Assembly (NCBI GenBank): GCA_030704615.1 | Contig: CM060731.1 | Span: forward strand, 63,550,001-63,614,000 | Source of the DNA: Takakia lepidozioides | Lineage: Eukaryota > Plantae > Bryophyta | Length of the DNA: 64,000 nucleotides | Direction: 5' to 3' | Part shown: one piece after another, positions 49,758 through 63,800 of the stretch | Layout: each line of letters begins with the position of its first letter | Position numbering within the stretch: the stretch's first letter is position 1 | Translations under genes and position numbers: made by a program | Notes under the pieces: generated by a model | What the model was told of the DNA's origin: nothing | Database searches by the model: none | Seen by the model: only the letters and a program-made list of their open reading frames with translations

Positions 49758-52700
49758 ACTGAACACAAACAAGAGATAAGACTAGAGGTACAAGACTAGA
49801 CAAGAAGTCAAGGTCGGCGTGGCCGTATGCACGATGAGTAAATATGAATCAAGACGGTCTTTATAACAATGAACAAGAGTACAAGATATTGGAACACGAC
49901 TTGAATACTCGAATGCTGAAAACTGGACTGGAGTACCAGATACTGGAAACTGGGCTAGAGTACTGGGAACTGGAACAAGAATAGTTTGAATTGGTATTGG
50001 CGAGACTGAAAAATGTCCAGTATCGCCTCTTATATGTACTGGCTACTAAGAAGTCTCCTAAGAAGCTTCCCTTATGGAGGTTTCTTGATGGAGAAGCTTC
50101 ATTAAATAAAAGAGGTATCTTGATGGAGAAGTTTCCTCCAAAAGAAGCTTCAAGAGCAGTTTCCCAAGTTACTCTTGGTAATTTGATAAACTTCCGATAA
50201 TATGGTAAGTAATGGTAAATCACGGTAAGTCATGATAACTTCCGGTAACATGGTAACTTGGTAACTTCTGGTATTTACTCCTGGTAAATTCCTCTGGGCT
50301 ATGTCCGTGACATCACCCCTACCTCTAGCACCGTGTTCCTCGAGGAGCGGTAAAGCTTCCCTTATGGAGGTTTCTTGATGGAGAAGCTTCATTAAATAAA
50401 AGAGGTATCTTGATGGAGAAGTTTCCTCCAAAGGAAGCTTCAAGATCAGTTTCCCAAGTTACTCTTGGTAATTTGATAAACTTCCGGTAATATGGTAAGT
50501 AATGGTAAATCACGGTAAGTCATGATAACTTTCGGTAACATGGTAACTTGGTAACTTCTGGTATTTACTCCTGGTAAGTTCCTCTGGGCTATGTCCGTGA
50601 CATCACCCCGTCCTCTAGCACCGTGTTCCTCGAGGAGCGGTAAAATCTTGGACTTGCTTAGAGTTGGAGAAAATCCAAAATTCGGCGAATGGTACTTCCC
50701 AAGTATTCGGCTCTTCGTTCTTGACTCAAATGATTTATAGGTCCCTGCAACCATCGATAGTGTCCAACACCTTGAACTTGGGACCACGAAGTGATTTGAA
50801 CATTCTGATTTTCGAAGCTGCATTCAAACATGATTTCGTTGCCCTCTGGGTCCGAAGCCTCAACCTCCAATAGAATTATCAGACTTCGAGTAGGCTCCAC
50901 TTGCCGTCGTACGGGGTCCAGACGAGGAAGTACGCGTCGCATTGGTGGCCCATTGTCTCGAGAGCGTCGGCGTGATGTTAAAGGTTGTGAGAGTCGGAAC
51001 GGCTGATCTGGTAGTTGTCACGGACATAGCCCAGATGAACTTATCAGGAGTAAATACCAGAAGTTACCGAATTACCATGTTACCGGAAGTTACCACAACT
51101 TATCATAATTTACCATGATCTACTATGATTTACCATTACTTACCAACTTATTGGGAGTTTACCAAATTACCAAGAGTAACTTGGGAAACTGCTGTTTATA
51201 TGAATTGTGGTCCTCGATCAGATACGATGTCTTTCGGGAGTCTATGAATGCGGTAGATATTATTGAGGAAGAGTCTTGTAGTTTCATCGCCGGTAACCAT
51301 CTTATTACATGGATGAAATGTGTCATCTTCGTAAAACGATCTACAATAACAACGATTGAATCGGTGGTCTTGGAAATTGGAAGGTCCGTAATAAAGTCCA
51401 TAGACACGGGCGACCATGGGCCCTTGGACATTAGTAATGGTTGAAGAAGGCCGTAAGGTCGATGTCGTGGTCCCTTCGCTCTAGCACACGTGTCGCAAGA
51501 TTTTATAAATTCTTTCACGAGTTTCCACATCTGCGGCCACCAATAGTCCTTTATATCAATTCCATTGTTTTGTTGAAGTCGAAATGTCCTACAGCCGGAA
51601 GATCATGACATATTTGAAGAATTCGAAGTCATGTAGGTCCTAGAGATACATAGAGAAGTTCCTTGAAATAAAGTAAGCCATATTTGAATTCGAAGTCGTT
51701 TGTAACATGTGGGTTGTCTCGAGGTCAATTTAGTTGACTTCGTAGTGTCGTGGCAAATTGGTCACTCTTCAATGCTTCCTGAATCTCCTTTATGATCTCT
51801 ACATTGTCATAGGTGGACATAGATAGCATATTCAATTGGAGATTTGCTGGTTTCAAGATGATCGATTTCTGTTGGTCAAAAGCTGCATCCCCTTCTTTTG
51901 GCACAAGATACGATCATCGAGAAAGAGCATGTGGTTTTCCTTGAAGATGTCTGGGACGGTAGGTAATAACAAAATCAAACCTTGCTAGTGACATACTCCA
52001 TCTCGCTTGACGTCGATTCAAAACACGAGCACTCATAAAATACTCAAGGTTTTTGTGATCGGTATAGACAGTGACCTGATGTTTAGCTCCCTCCAATAGA
52101 TGACGCCACTCCTCAAAAACATCGATAATCGCTAGAAATTCTTTGTCATGGATTTCATAATTGATCTCCTCAGCGGAAAATTTGCGAGAACGACCAATAG
52201 GGTGAAGTCGGCCATCTGCACCGTGTTGAGAGAGTACCGCGCCAAGTGCAAAGTACGATGCATCTGCTTCCAAAAAGAATGGTTTAGATGAGTCTGCATG
52301 TACTAGTATTGGAGCCGTTGTAAATGCCTGCTTCAGCCTTTCAAATGCTTGGTCAGCCTTCTCGTCCCATACAAATTTGTCCTTCCATGTGAGTCGTGTC
52401 AATGGTGCAGAAATTTTGGAGTAGTCATTGATGAACATTCTATAGAAATTTGTAAATCCTAGAAAACATTGTACATCTTGGACTGAAGTTGGTTTAATCC
52501 ACTCGATGATGGTTTGTATTTTCTTCTGATCCATAAAGACTCATTTGTCGTAAATAATGTAGCCCATAAATTCGACTTCAGATTAGTGGAAAATACATTT
52601 TTCCAACTTGGCATATAATCATTTTTCCCTCAATTTATCAAGGACAAGGCGTACATGACGACCATGTTCTTTTTCATTCTGTAAAAATATCAAAATGTCG

Positions 52701-54196
52701 TCCAAATAGATGACTACAAAGTCATCTAAAAATTCTCGAAAGACGTCATTCATCATGTGTTGAAAAATTGTTGGAGCATTTGTAAGACCGAAAGGCCTAA
52801 CACTGTATTCGAAATGTCCGTACCTTGTGCGAAAGCAGTCTTCCATTCGACTTTTTCTCTTATTCGTACAAGGTTGTAAACTCATTTCAAGTCGATCTTT
52901 GTGAAAAAATTTGCTCGTCCAAGTTGTTCGAGGAGTCCGGAAATCAACGGTAGTGGTTAACGATTTTTTATAGTGACTTTGTTGAACCCACGATAGTCCA
53001 CACACATGTGTAACGATCCGTCCTTCTTCTTCACAAATAAGATAGGTGCTACCGCGGATGATTTTGAATGTCGAATGAAATTCTTTAACAAATTTTCATC
53101 AATGTATTCGCGTAAAGCAGCCAGCTCCGTCTGAGATAAATTGTAGATCGGGCCGAATGGTGGTTGAGCTCATTCTCAATTGCACAATCATAATGTCGAT
53201 GTTCTGGCAACATGTCTGTATTTTTCTTCTCGAAGACATCCTTGAAATCTTGATATTGAGTGGGTAATGTCGAAGTACCTTGGTCTGTTGTGGTTTTGAT
53301 CGGAGTCGCATAAAGTGCAAATGTCGCGTCTTTCTTCGTAGCTCTCATGAAGGCTCTAGCTCCAAGAAACAGGGGTTGAATACCTTTGGTACTTTTGCAT
53401 TTTTATCTTGCCAAAAATTTTCGTGATCGCCAGTCGATGTCACGATTATGAAGTACAAACCAGGGAAGTCCAAGGATCACAAGATTCGTTGGAGACTGGA
53501 TGACAAAACAATCTGTGATGCTTGATTTTTAAGCTTCACTTCAAGGGGTCGAGTTTCATGGTCAATATTTCCTAATGCTAACGGTCGTCCATCGATGACT
53601 TCAACAGGGGCCGAGAATTTCTTTCTTACGAGCGTTAAATTGTGTTGTTTCGCAAAGTCTTTGTCAATAAAACACGCTAAAGCACCTGAGTCCAAAAGTG
53701 CTTCTACGGAGATATCTCGATTTTGCATCCTGATTTTTACTGGAACTGTGAAACAAGGTACAGGGTCTGGAGGTAGAAATAGATTTTTTTTTTCTTGAGG
53801 AATTTGGGGTGTCAAGCCGCATGGTCTCTACTGTGAGTGGACATCTTCGTTTTCCGACCTCCTCACTTGAGTGGTGCCCCGAGCTTTGAATCTTTTCTTG
53901 TTGGGGCAGTTTAATGCTATGTGATCATCTTCTCCGCAATAAAGGCATAATTCATTCGAGCGTCGTCTTTGTTTTTCTTGTGGCATCAATGGCTTGAATC
54001 GGACAGCATCAATTTGCATAGGATCATTACCGGATGTATGATGGATCGTTGTGTTTGGTGTCGTAGTAACAGCGGCATGGTGCGTCATCGACCATCCAAA
54101 TCGCTTCTCTAGATGTCTTTCGAACAAACGATTATCGCATGCAATGACTTGGGTGATGAATTCGCTCGGTGTACTCACGTTTGACATTGTCAGCAA
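49758..54196 (-). mobile_element. Tcn1-like chromovirus (Ty3/Gypsy), rearranged and decayed
   Basis: 3' LTR 49758-50312 with PPT; 290-bp tandem duplication (~50063-50642); integrase part 51195-51620; RNase H 51914-52534 (LNRRQARW); RT 52619-53200 (YLDD); protease ALLDSGA 53477-53815; gag C-terminus MQIDA...CLYCGEDDHIALNC 53828-54196. Confidence 0.9.
51016..51192 (+). repeat. Partial LTR of the same family in the opposite orientation
   Basis: TGTCACGGACATAGCCCAGA...GTAACTTGGGAAACTGC is the reverse complement of the LTR portion 55003-55179. It is preceded by GTAGT. Confidence 0.9.
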
Positions 54197-54561
54197 TAAA
54201 TCAAGAAAGGAAATTGAGTATGAAGTCGACGAAGTCCTAGACTCGCATCAAGTATAAACGTCTTGAGTATTTCGTACATTGGAAAGGCTGTGACATCAGC
54301 GAACAAACGTGGAAACCTTCATCCAACGTCGCCAATGCGTCTGACAAAGTCCAAGAGTTTCATCAACGATATCCAGCTAAGCCCCGAGCTACACGTCAAT
54401 AAGACGTCACAACGATGATGTCAGCCAAGTTAGCTTCAAGCTAAGGAGGGAGGAGCACCACACATCAGTATATATAGCTACACTTCCAGCACTCTTGCAT
54501 CTTGTTGGCAACATGGGGTCACATGAACCAGATACATTGGAGCTGTCGCTTACCCAACTAC
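54197..54561 (+). mobile_element. Inverted chromodomain/3' segment of the Tcn1-like element
   Basis: Reverse complement of ~55588-55987; encodes EYEVDEVLDS...LEYFVHWKGCD...TWKP. Confidence 0.88.
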
Positions 54562-56993
54562 TGTCGAGGACGAGAACATGACTGAACACAAACAAGATAT
54601 AAGACTAGAGGTACAATGCTAGACAAGAAGTTAAGGTCGGCATGGCCGAATGCACGATGAGTAAATAGGAATCAAGACGATCTTTACAACAATGAACAAG
54701 AGTACAAGATATTGAAACACGACTTGAATACTGGAATGCTGGACACTGGATTGGAGTTTCAGATACTAGAAACTGTGCTAGAGTACTGGGAACTGGAAAC
54801 AAGAGTAGCTTGAACTAGTGTTGGCGAGACTGAAGAGTGTCCAGTCTCGCCTCCTATATATACTGGTTACTAAGAAGCTTCTCTACGGAGGTTTCTTGCT
54901 GGAGAAGTTTCCAAGATTAAACAAAGGTATCTTGATGGAGAAGTTTCCTTAAACAAATGAGGTATCTTGATGGAGAAATTTCTTCCAAATGCAGATTCCT
55001 AAGCAGTTTCCCAAGTTACTCTTGGTAATTTGGTAAACTCCCGGTAATTTGGTAACTAATGGTAACTTATGATAAATCATGGTAGATCATGGTATATCAC
55101 TGTAACTTTCGCTAATATGGTAACTTAGTAACTTCTGATATTTACTCAAGGTAAGTTCCTCTGGGCTATGTCCGTGACATCACCCCCTCCTCTAGCGCCG
55201 AGTTCCTCGAGGAGCGGTAAAATCTTGGACTTGCTTAGAGCTGGAGAAAATCCAAAATCCGGCGAATGGTATTTGCCAAGTATTCGGCTCTCCGTTCTTG
55301 ACTCAAATGATTTACAGGTCCCTCCAACCATCGATAGTGTCCAACACCTTGAACTTAGGACCACGCAGTGATTTGAGCATTCTGATTCTTGAAACTGCCT
55401 TCAAACATGATTTCGTTGCCATCTGGGTCCGAAGCCTCAACCTCCAACAGAATTATCAGACTTCGAGTAGGCTCCACTTGCCGTCATATGGGGTCCAGAC
55501 GAGGAAGTACGCGTCGCATTGGTGGCCCATCGTCTCGAGAGCGTCGGCGTGATGTTGAAGGTCGTGAGAGTCGGAACGGCTGATCTGGTAGTTGGGTAAG
55601 CAACAGCTCTAATGTATCTGGTTCATGTGACTCAATGCTGCCAATACAAGATGCGAGAGTGCTGGAAGTGTAGCTATATATATTGATGTGTGATGTTCCT
55701 TCTTCCTTAGCGTGTATCAGGTACACTGAATGTGGAATCTTCACCTTCAAGCTAACTTGGTTGGCATCATCGTTGTGACGTCTTATTGACGTGTAGCTCG
55801 GGGCTTAGCTGGATATCGTTGATGAAACTCTTGGACTTTGTCAGATGTATTGGCGAGGTAGGATGAAGGTTCTCACGTTCGTTCGCTGATGTCGTAGCCT
55901 TTCCAATGTACGAAATACTCAAGACGTTTATGCTTGATGCGAGAGTATAGGACTTCGTTGACTTCATACTCAATTTCCTGATTGATTTCGATTGGTGGAG
56001 GTGGTACGGAGACTCTCCTTGGAATATTCGATGGATGATACAACTCCAATAATGAAACATGAAAGACTGGATGGATGCGCATACTTCGTGGGAGTTCAAG
56101 CCGAAAACTGACCGAATTTATTTGTCGAATAATTTTGAATGGGCCCAGGCGTTGATAATCCAACTTCCTTGATGGTTGCGAGGTGTGTATGTCCCGTCGA
56201 AGAAGCCACACACGATCTCCGACCTTGAACTGGGGTTGGAGTTGGCGACGTTGATCTGCATACTCCTTGTATTGTTTTTGAGCTTCTGCGAGGTGGGATG
56301 TAAGCTCCTTGTGAATCGTAGCAAGATGAGTAGCAAGGTTTTCTGCAACAGGGCTTCCAAGAGTCTTCATGTGGAAAGGGTTTGCTCGAGGATGATGACC
56401 ATAATTGAAGAAAAATGAAGTTTGTTAGGTCGAAGAATGTATAGTGTTGTTGTAGGCAAACTCAGCCAATGACAGAAGGTCTGTCCAATTATCGTGGTGA
56501 TAATTTATCGTACAACGAAGATACTGCTCCAAAATCTGGTTTACACGTTCGGTTTGACCATCAGTCTGTGGATGATTACCTGTTAAGAGGTTGATCTTAG
56601 TATCCAATATGTGAAATAATCCCCTCCAAAAATTTGATATGAATTGTGGTCCTCGATCAGATACGATGTCATTTGGGAGTCTATGAATGCGGTAGATATT
56701 ATTGATGAAGAGTCTTGCAGTTTCCTCGCCGGTAACCATCTTATTACATAGAATGAAATGTATCATCTTCGTAAACGATCTACAATAACAAGGATTGAAT
56801 CGGTGGTCTTGGAGATTGGAAGGTTCGTTATAAAGTCCATAGACACGGACGACCATGGACCCTTGGGAATGGGTAATGGTTGAAGAAGGCCATAAGGTCG
56901 ATGTCGTGGTCCCTTCGCTCTAGCACACGTGTCGCAAGATTTTATAAATTCTTTCACGAGTTTCCACATCTGCGGCCACCAATAGTCCCTGGA
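54562..56993 (-). mobile_element. Second Tcn1-like chromovirus, 3' portion (3' LTR, PPT, chromodomain, integrase)
   Basis: Complete LTR at 54562-55179 (TGTCGAGGAC...GTCCGTGACA); PPT AGAGGAGGGGGTGA (-) at 55180-55193; chromodomain EYEVNEVL...YFVHWKGY; GPF motif; integrase SMDF/SDRG/TER 56425-56969. Confidence 0.92.
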
Positions 56994-57869
56994 TATCGGA
57001 AGTTACCATGATTGATAACGGCTATGCTACGAGGGACAGACAACGAGGGTCACAACGAGACATATCGGGTAGTGATGGACGTACACTACCTGAGCCACGG
57101 GCAGAGACGGCTAAGTACGCGGTACTTAGCCAATGACAGGACAAGGGTACATTACCACGAGAGCAGTAGTGGGTAGTGTAGTAACCGTGAGTCGTGAACC
57201 ACGATATCACACGATATCACACGTTAGCATCGGCTTTAACCAATAGAAGGAGTAGTGGACCGTTTACCACTATGGCTCACGACCACTGCAACGAGCCACT
57301 TTTAGCAAACCTTTTAGGTTGCGTAGGCAATTAGGCAAACGGTCATTAACGACCGCAGACTGTAACGGCTCTTTTGAACATAATATAAAAAGGCTGCACG
57401 CAACTTAGAGGGTGTGCAGTATGAGTATCAAGGATCAGTGTGTACTTCTATGATGATGTGACGAGCTCTGAAGTAAAGCCATGCTATTCAAAGTATCTCT
57501 ATGTAGAGTGAATGTGAGATGGAGAGAATATGCATTATGACAGAACGTGAGATGGTGAGAATGTGTGTCATCTCAGAATAGTACTTGTTTTCTCTTGATT
57601 ACCATTTGCTTGTATGAACCAAGAGGCTTCAGTCCTTTCGACTAAGATCTTTTATGCTAAAGAGACTGTAGATTGGGCTTAATCAATAGGATTAAGTAGC
57701 CTGCAGGGATATGGCTTCATCCGACGTTCAAGGTTTAGCTATCCTTAAAACGATTACTTCGTAATCGTTTCTGAAAGCATACCGTCGGACAACCTCTGTT
57801 GCATGTCTTAGGAAATGGGCAGTAGTGTTAATAGCCTGTTTTGTCTAAGTCATAAACCAGCGGTTAACA
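56994..57869 (+). repeat. 5' LTR of a non-chromovirus Gypsy element
   Basis: Tcn1 integrase homology stops at ~56997. TATAAAA at 57384. The LTR ends TTAACA at 57869, followed by PBS TGGCGACCATACTGGGGAC (57872-57890; tRNA-Arg-like by inference). The left boundary is approximate. Confidence 0.75.
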
Positions 57870-60800
57870 TTTGGCGACCATACTGGGGACTAACGGTATG
57901 TTGAATTCAAGGGTACTCGAAGAAGGATGGTTACTCAGTGATTTCTTGAAATCACGACAGAACGAGTCAACAAAAGCAAAGGAATGGAAAACATTCCTAG
58001 AAAAATTTCATGGTTTACCAAGAGCAATACAACAGAAAATCTTTCTTTTAGTCGCGAAAGAAGATAACAAATGGGGATTGAAGGGAGGAGTGATCAGTAT
58101 TACACGAGCACCTTGGGAGTGTAGGATTAGAAGTGAAGAGTGGTTGTCTCGTCTAGCTCTATTGATTACTCTAATCCCAATCAGAAAAGTTTGCTACACT
58201 AGTTATATTTTCAGAGAAGGATGTTCAAATTATGAATATTGTCACATAATCATAGAAGCAGTGGAGTACTGGATAAGACTTATTGCAAGTCAGATACACT
58301 GAGAAAGACAGATGGTATTATTGTGCCCATTAAAACTTTGGTGATCAATCAGTAAAAAAGGAAAATTAAGTTGTAATACGGATTCTGGCAAGATAAGATA
58401 AATCTTGGAGAAAGGGTAGAGACCACTATAAATTTTCTTTACTGACATACCAAGACTGATTAAAGGGTGCCGAAAAGGAATTCTGCATATAATGTGGGAA
58501 TGAATGAGGAATTCAAAGAAAAAGCTAAGCAAGACAGAGCTGAACAAATAGAGAAATATGCTGCAGAAAGGGAAGCTCGGTTAAGAGAAGAGTTCCCAGA
58601 ATTACAGAACTTGAAAATTATTCAAGGTGAGACATCAAGACAAATTAACAATGATAAACCAGAAGATCAGGAAATCAGATCGGTGGGAAGTGGGGACACT
58701 ACACCAGAAGAAGTTGCCAGTATGTACTTGATGAATGGTTACCACAAGAAAGATCTGAAGGACCTTCTACAGTAACAAGTCCAAATCAAGGTTTTGCTGA
58801 AATATTAGAAGAAAGATTTGAGAACATTCTGAGTGAAGAAGGTGAAAGAAGTGAAAGCACTTCTCCAGAAAGGATAACCAGAACTGCACTCAAAGCTTTT
58901 AAAGATTCATTAAGCTTAGTAGGGACAGCAGCTGGAACACGACTATCATTGGGACAAGGACCTCCTAGCTTTGAATCATTGTTTTGAAGACAAACACCAA
59001 CACCACCACAGCCAGCAGTAGCGGGACCATCCCAGTTTGGACAACCAGTTGCACTAGCAGCGCCAGTTGCACCAGCTGCACCGATGGCTTTAGCAACAAG
59101 CAAAACCAGACCACCATTTCCTTTATATGATGGGAAATCTGATCCAGATATCCATCTTAATCAATTTGAAAACATGTGCACCATTTACAATGAAGCAACT
59201 GACCAAGAGAAGATCCGACTATTTCCTTGTTCAATGGCCCGGAAAGGCATTGAATGGTTGGCAACCTTCCAAGCCAATCACTTTGCGAATTGGGCGGATA
59301 TGAGAGCCACGTTTCAAGAAAGATATAGATCCAACAAATCCACGTCTGAAATCTTCACAGGATTACAGAACCTAAGACAGAAAAAGAAAGAATTGGTAGT
59401 CGACTACCTGGAGAGAATGAAGACTCTGATCAGGAAATTACCTCAAGCACCAGGGGATGATTTGCAAAAATCATGGTTCATCAATGGACTTCGTCCTGAA
59501 TACGTAACCATGGTTACAGTCATGCCTAACAACACTTTGGCTGAAGCAGTAGGGACTGCAAAGGAGTTGGAATTGGGATTCCATCAGAGCAGAAGCAAAG
59601 ATTCCAAGGATCCCTTGGAAGAAGAAGACTCTGATGATGAAGAAAAGCCCAAGCAAAAGAAGAAAGAAGTGATTGACAAAACCACTTTGGATCAGAAGAT
59701 AGCAGAGGCTATCAAGAATTTTAAAGATGAAGGGCCACGAAAGACAACATGGTGTCACAAATGCGGGACTGCAGGACACTTGGCAACGGAATGCCACATG
59801 AAAGACAAATATTGTGATATTTGTCATATGAACAATCATAATACCAGCCATTGTATTTACAACCAACGGGCCAAGAAGACTGAGTACACACGAGAGGTGG
59901 GGGTACACCAAGTCCAAATCCGACGGGGAGGATCGGACGAACCAAGACGATATAATATGGGTAATCGTTATCAGAGGCCACGAAATGAATATCCACCAAG
60001 GGATAGGGAACATTAACCTAGAAACAGAGAAAACACGAGATGCCACTACTGCAAGAAAGAGGGACACTGGCGACATGAATGCCAGTTGCGAATCAAGCAT
60101 GAGGCAGAAGTGGGAAATATGGAAGCCGGACCAAGTGTAGCCGTAAGTGTGGTAACCCCTGTAGTGGATACCCTTGCGGTAACCTGAACCGAGGCCAAGA
60201 AACAGAAACCTCCAAACAAGGAGATTGAAGAAGAACGGAAACAATATCCAGAAAGTGCAGCATGGCAGGAGGAAAAGAGCTTACACCAAGAAGTAAAGCC
60301 ATAGCTCAAATGCAAGAGGGAACCCATATACCTTCTGGAGAGCCAACTCCAAATAAGCAAATCAGACCAACGGTGAAGACCATGAATACAACCACGGAAA
60401 CAGAATTGGCCGAAGTAATCTGCCAGACCAAGACCCAAATTACCATTGGACAATTATTAAAAATTGCTCCACACTGCAAGAAAACTTTATTTCGGGCAAT
60501 CGAGGCATTGACCCCCACACCAAAACAAAAACCAACATCAGAGGTTTACACAATTAAACCCACAACTATACGACAAACTCCAGATTACGACGAAGCAATA
60601 CCCATAATACAAGTACGTATTGGACGGAAGATGGTAATGAATGTACTCATCGATGGAGGATCCGGAGTGAATATCATGACAGAAAAGATGAAGAAGTCAT
60701 TAGGATTGGGGCACATGGAACCTGCTCCATTCACGGTACAAATGGCTGATCAACGAAAAGTGCAGCCATTGGGGATCATCAGACGACTTGCAATGGCAGT

Positions 60801-63800
60801 AGCAGGACTAGTATACGAAATATCAGTAACCATTCTCAGAATGGAGGATGTGGCAGAGGGATATTCACTACTACTTGGCCGACCATGGTTAACACAAGCC
60901 CAATCACACCACGATTGGGGAAGTCAGACTCTCACAATAAAAAAGGGAGCAGAACAAGTCACCATCACAACGAAGCAACGAGGTACCATTCCACGAGAGA
61001 AACGACCTTGCATAGTGGAAGAATATTTGGTCCAGTGGACTGTCGGATGAAGAAGAAGCCACAGTATACGCAACACATCCACAGTTGGAACCTATTGAAC
61101 AACTGGTGGTCAAGCATACCACAACAGTAGGATGTCACATGGTGAACACCCAAGGAGAACCAAATACTTCGAGAACTGAAGATCTAGAGGAAGAAGCGAT
61201 GGACACACCTCAACACCCGGCCCGTTTCTATCAAGAAAGGGAAGAAGACATTCAAATCAGTGAAGTATCGGCCACAATTGCAACCATTGGACAAGAGATT
61301 GCAGGATGGACAGTAACGGAAGAAACTCAATTAATTCAAGTGAATCTGGGAACAGTGGAAGAACCCCAGATAATAGGAGTAAGTGCAGGTCTTGAAGAAT
61401 CGTTTCTACAAGAAGCCACTGCATGATTCACTGAATACAAGGATGTATTTGCCTGGAACTACAAGGATTTGAAGGGTATACCTTCCAACATCTGTCAGCA
61501 CCGAATTGAATTGGAAGTTGACACAAAACCAATTCGTCAGAACCGTTACAGAATGAACCCCAACTATGCAGCTAAAGTTTGGGAAGAAATCAAGAAGTTA
61601 CTGGATGCAGGATTCATATACCCAGTAGAGACACCACAATGGTTATCGCCCATTGTGATAGTACCCAAGAAAAATGAAAACTACGAGTGTGTGTGGACTA
61701 CGCAAGTTAAACGCAGGAACCAAGAAAGACCCTTTTCCACTACCTTTCACTGAAATAGTGTTAGACACAGTGACTGGACATGAAATGTACTCATTCATGG
61801 ATGGGTTTAGTGGGTACAACCAGGTCTAGATGGCAGAAGAAGACCGAGAAAAGACCGCATTCATCACTGAATGAGGAGCATATGCTTACAAAGTCATGTC
61901 ATTTGGACTTTGCAATGCACCAGCCACATTTCAACGAGCAGTATCTGAGATATTCAAGAAATATCTCAATGATTTTATGCAGGTATTTTTGGATGATCTC
62001 AGTGTCTTTGGACAGAAATCCAAACATTTGGCACAGTTAAAACTTTGCTTACAAGCCTGCAGAAACAATGGAGTAAGTCTCAACCCGGAAAAATGTACAT
62101 TCTGTGTGAATTCAGGATTATTATTGGGACACATTGGGTGCCAACAGGGAATTCTGGTAGATCCAAAGAAAGTGGAGGTTATTTAGAAAATACCACCACC
62201 AGAAAATCCCAAGAAACTCGAGAGATTTCTAGGACAGACGAGCTATTACAGACGGTACATGGACAAATATGCTCACAGAGCGGCACCAGTCTATAGACTG
62301 CTGAAGCAAGATGCCGAATATCGATGGTCTCCAGCTTGCCAGGAATCATTTGATTCACTAAAAAGGGCACTCACAGCAGCACCAATTCTGATAAATCCAA
62401 GATGGGATTTAACATTTCATGTACACAGTGATGCATCAAGCATTGCTTTGGGAGCGGTTCTAGCTCAGAATGTGACAGGCACAATAGATTCACCAATCTA
62501 TTATGCAAGCAAATTATTGACAGCAGCAGAAAAGAACTATAGCACCATAGAAAGGGAAGCATTGGCAATGATTTATGCTGTTCAAAAATTTCGGCATTAT
62601 TTACTTGGCAATCGCTTTAAGTTTATTGTTGATCATCAGGCTCTAGTTCATTTAGCAAATTGACCACTAGCTAGTGGCAGGGTTGCTCGATGGTTATTAC
62701 TTCTTCATGAGTATGACTTTGAAGTTGTTCATAAACCAGGGAGATTACATGTTACAGTAGAACATGTGTCAAGGATTACTACATGAGAACCAGCCACGGG
62801 GGTAGAGGATCAACTCCCCGATGCATTTCTGTTTGCTGTTCAACCAGAAGCACCAGATGAAGAGACAGATCCTATAAATGCTCTGGGAATGTTTCAAGGA
62901 GACTATGACCTTCCAGATGCTCTCAAACTCATGGACGACACGAATGAAGAAGAAGATTCATCCGATGAAGATGAACCTCTTGATGAAGGACTTATTATTG
63001 AAGAAGAGCCAGATCCAGAAGAAGAAGATAACAATGAAAACGAAGAAACAAACAATCAAGAATTGGCCAATATCAGTATTGGAGCTTATACAGTCACCAA
63101 AGAAGAATCAGAAGATATTCAGGATCAAGATCAAGATGATTGGCAATGGCCAATCAAATACTATCTGAACACAGGAAAATTTCCTGAAGATTACACCAAA
63201 GACGACAGGAGGAAACTTTCAATGAAAAGCAAGCCATACACATTAATCAAAGGGATTCTGTACAAAAGAGGAATTGACTCCATAATGAGAAGATGTGTAA
63301 ACAAAGACCAAGCCAAAACAGTAATGCAAGAACTACACGAAGGAATTGCAGGTGGACACTTCAGTTCGGACCTGACAGCAAAGAAAATATTACTAGCAGG
63401 CTATTGGTGGCCTACTATATTTGGAGATACATATGAACACTGTCAATAGTGTGATGTCTGCCAGAGGATGGGACCAGTAGAACGAACGGGGAAGGGGACT
63501 CTGCATCCAATACTACCAACAGAACCATTTCAGCGCTGGGGGCTAGACTTTGTGGGACCCATTAAACCTCCAGCAAGGTACACACAAAACCAATACATCC
63601 TCACAGCCACTGACTACACTACCAAATGGGTAGAGGCCAAGGCACTAAGAGTCAACACTGCCAGATCAACAGCCAAATTCTTATATGAAAACATCATCAC
63701 ACGATTTGGTTGCCCACTGGAATTCGTCAGTGATCAGGGATCACATTTCATAAATGATGCCATAAAATGTTTGACGGAGGAGTTCATGATTGTACATCAC

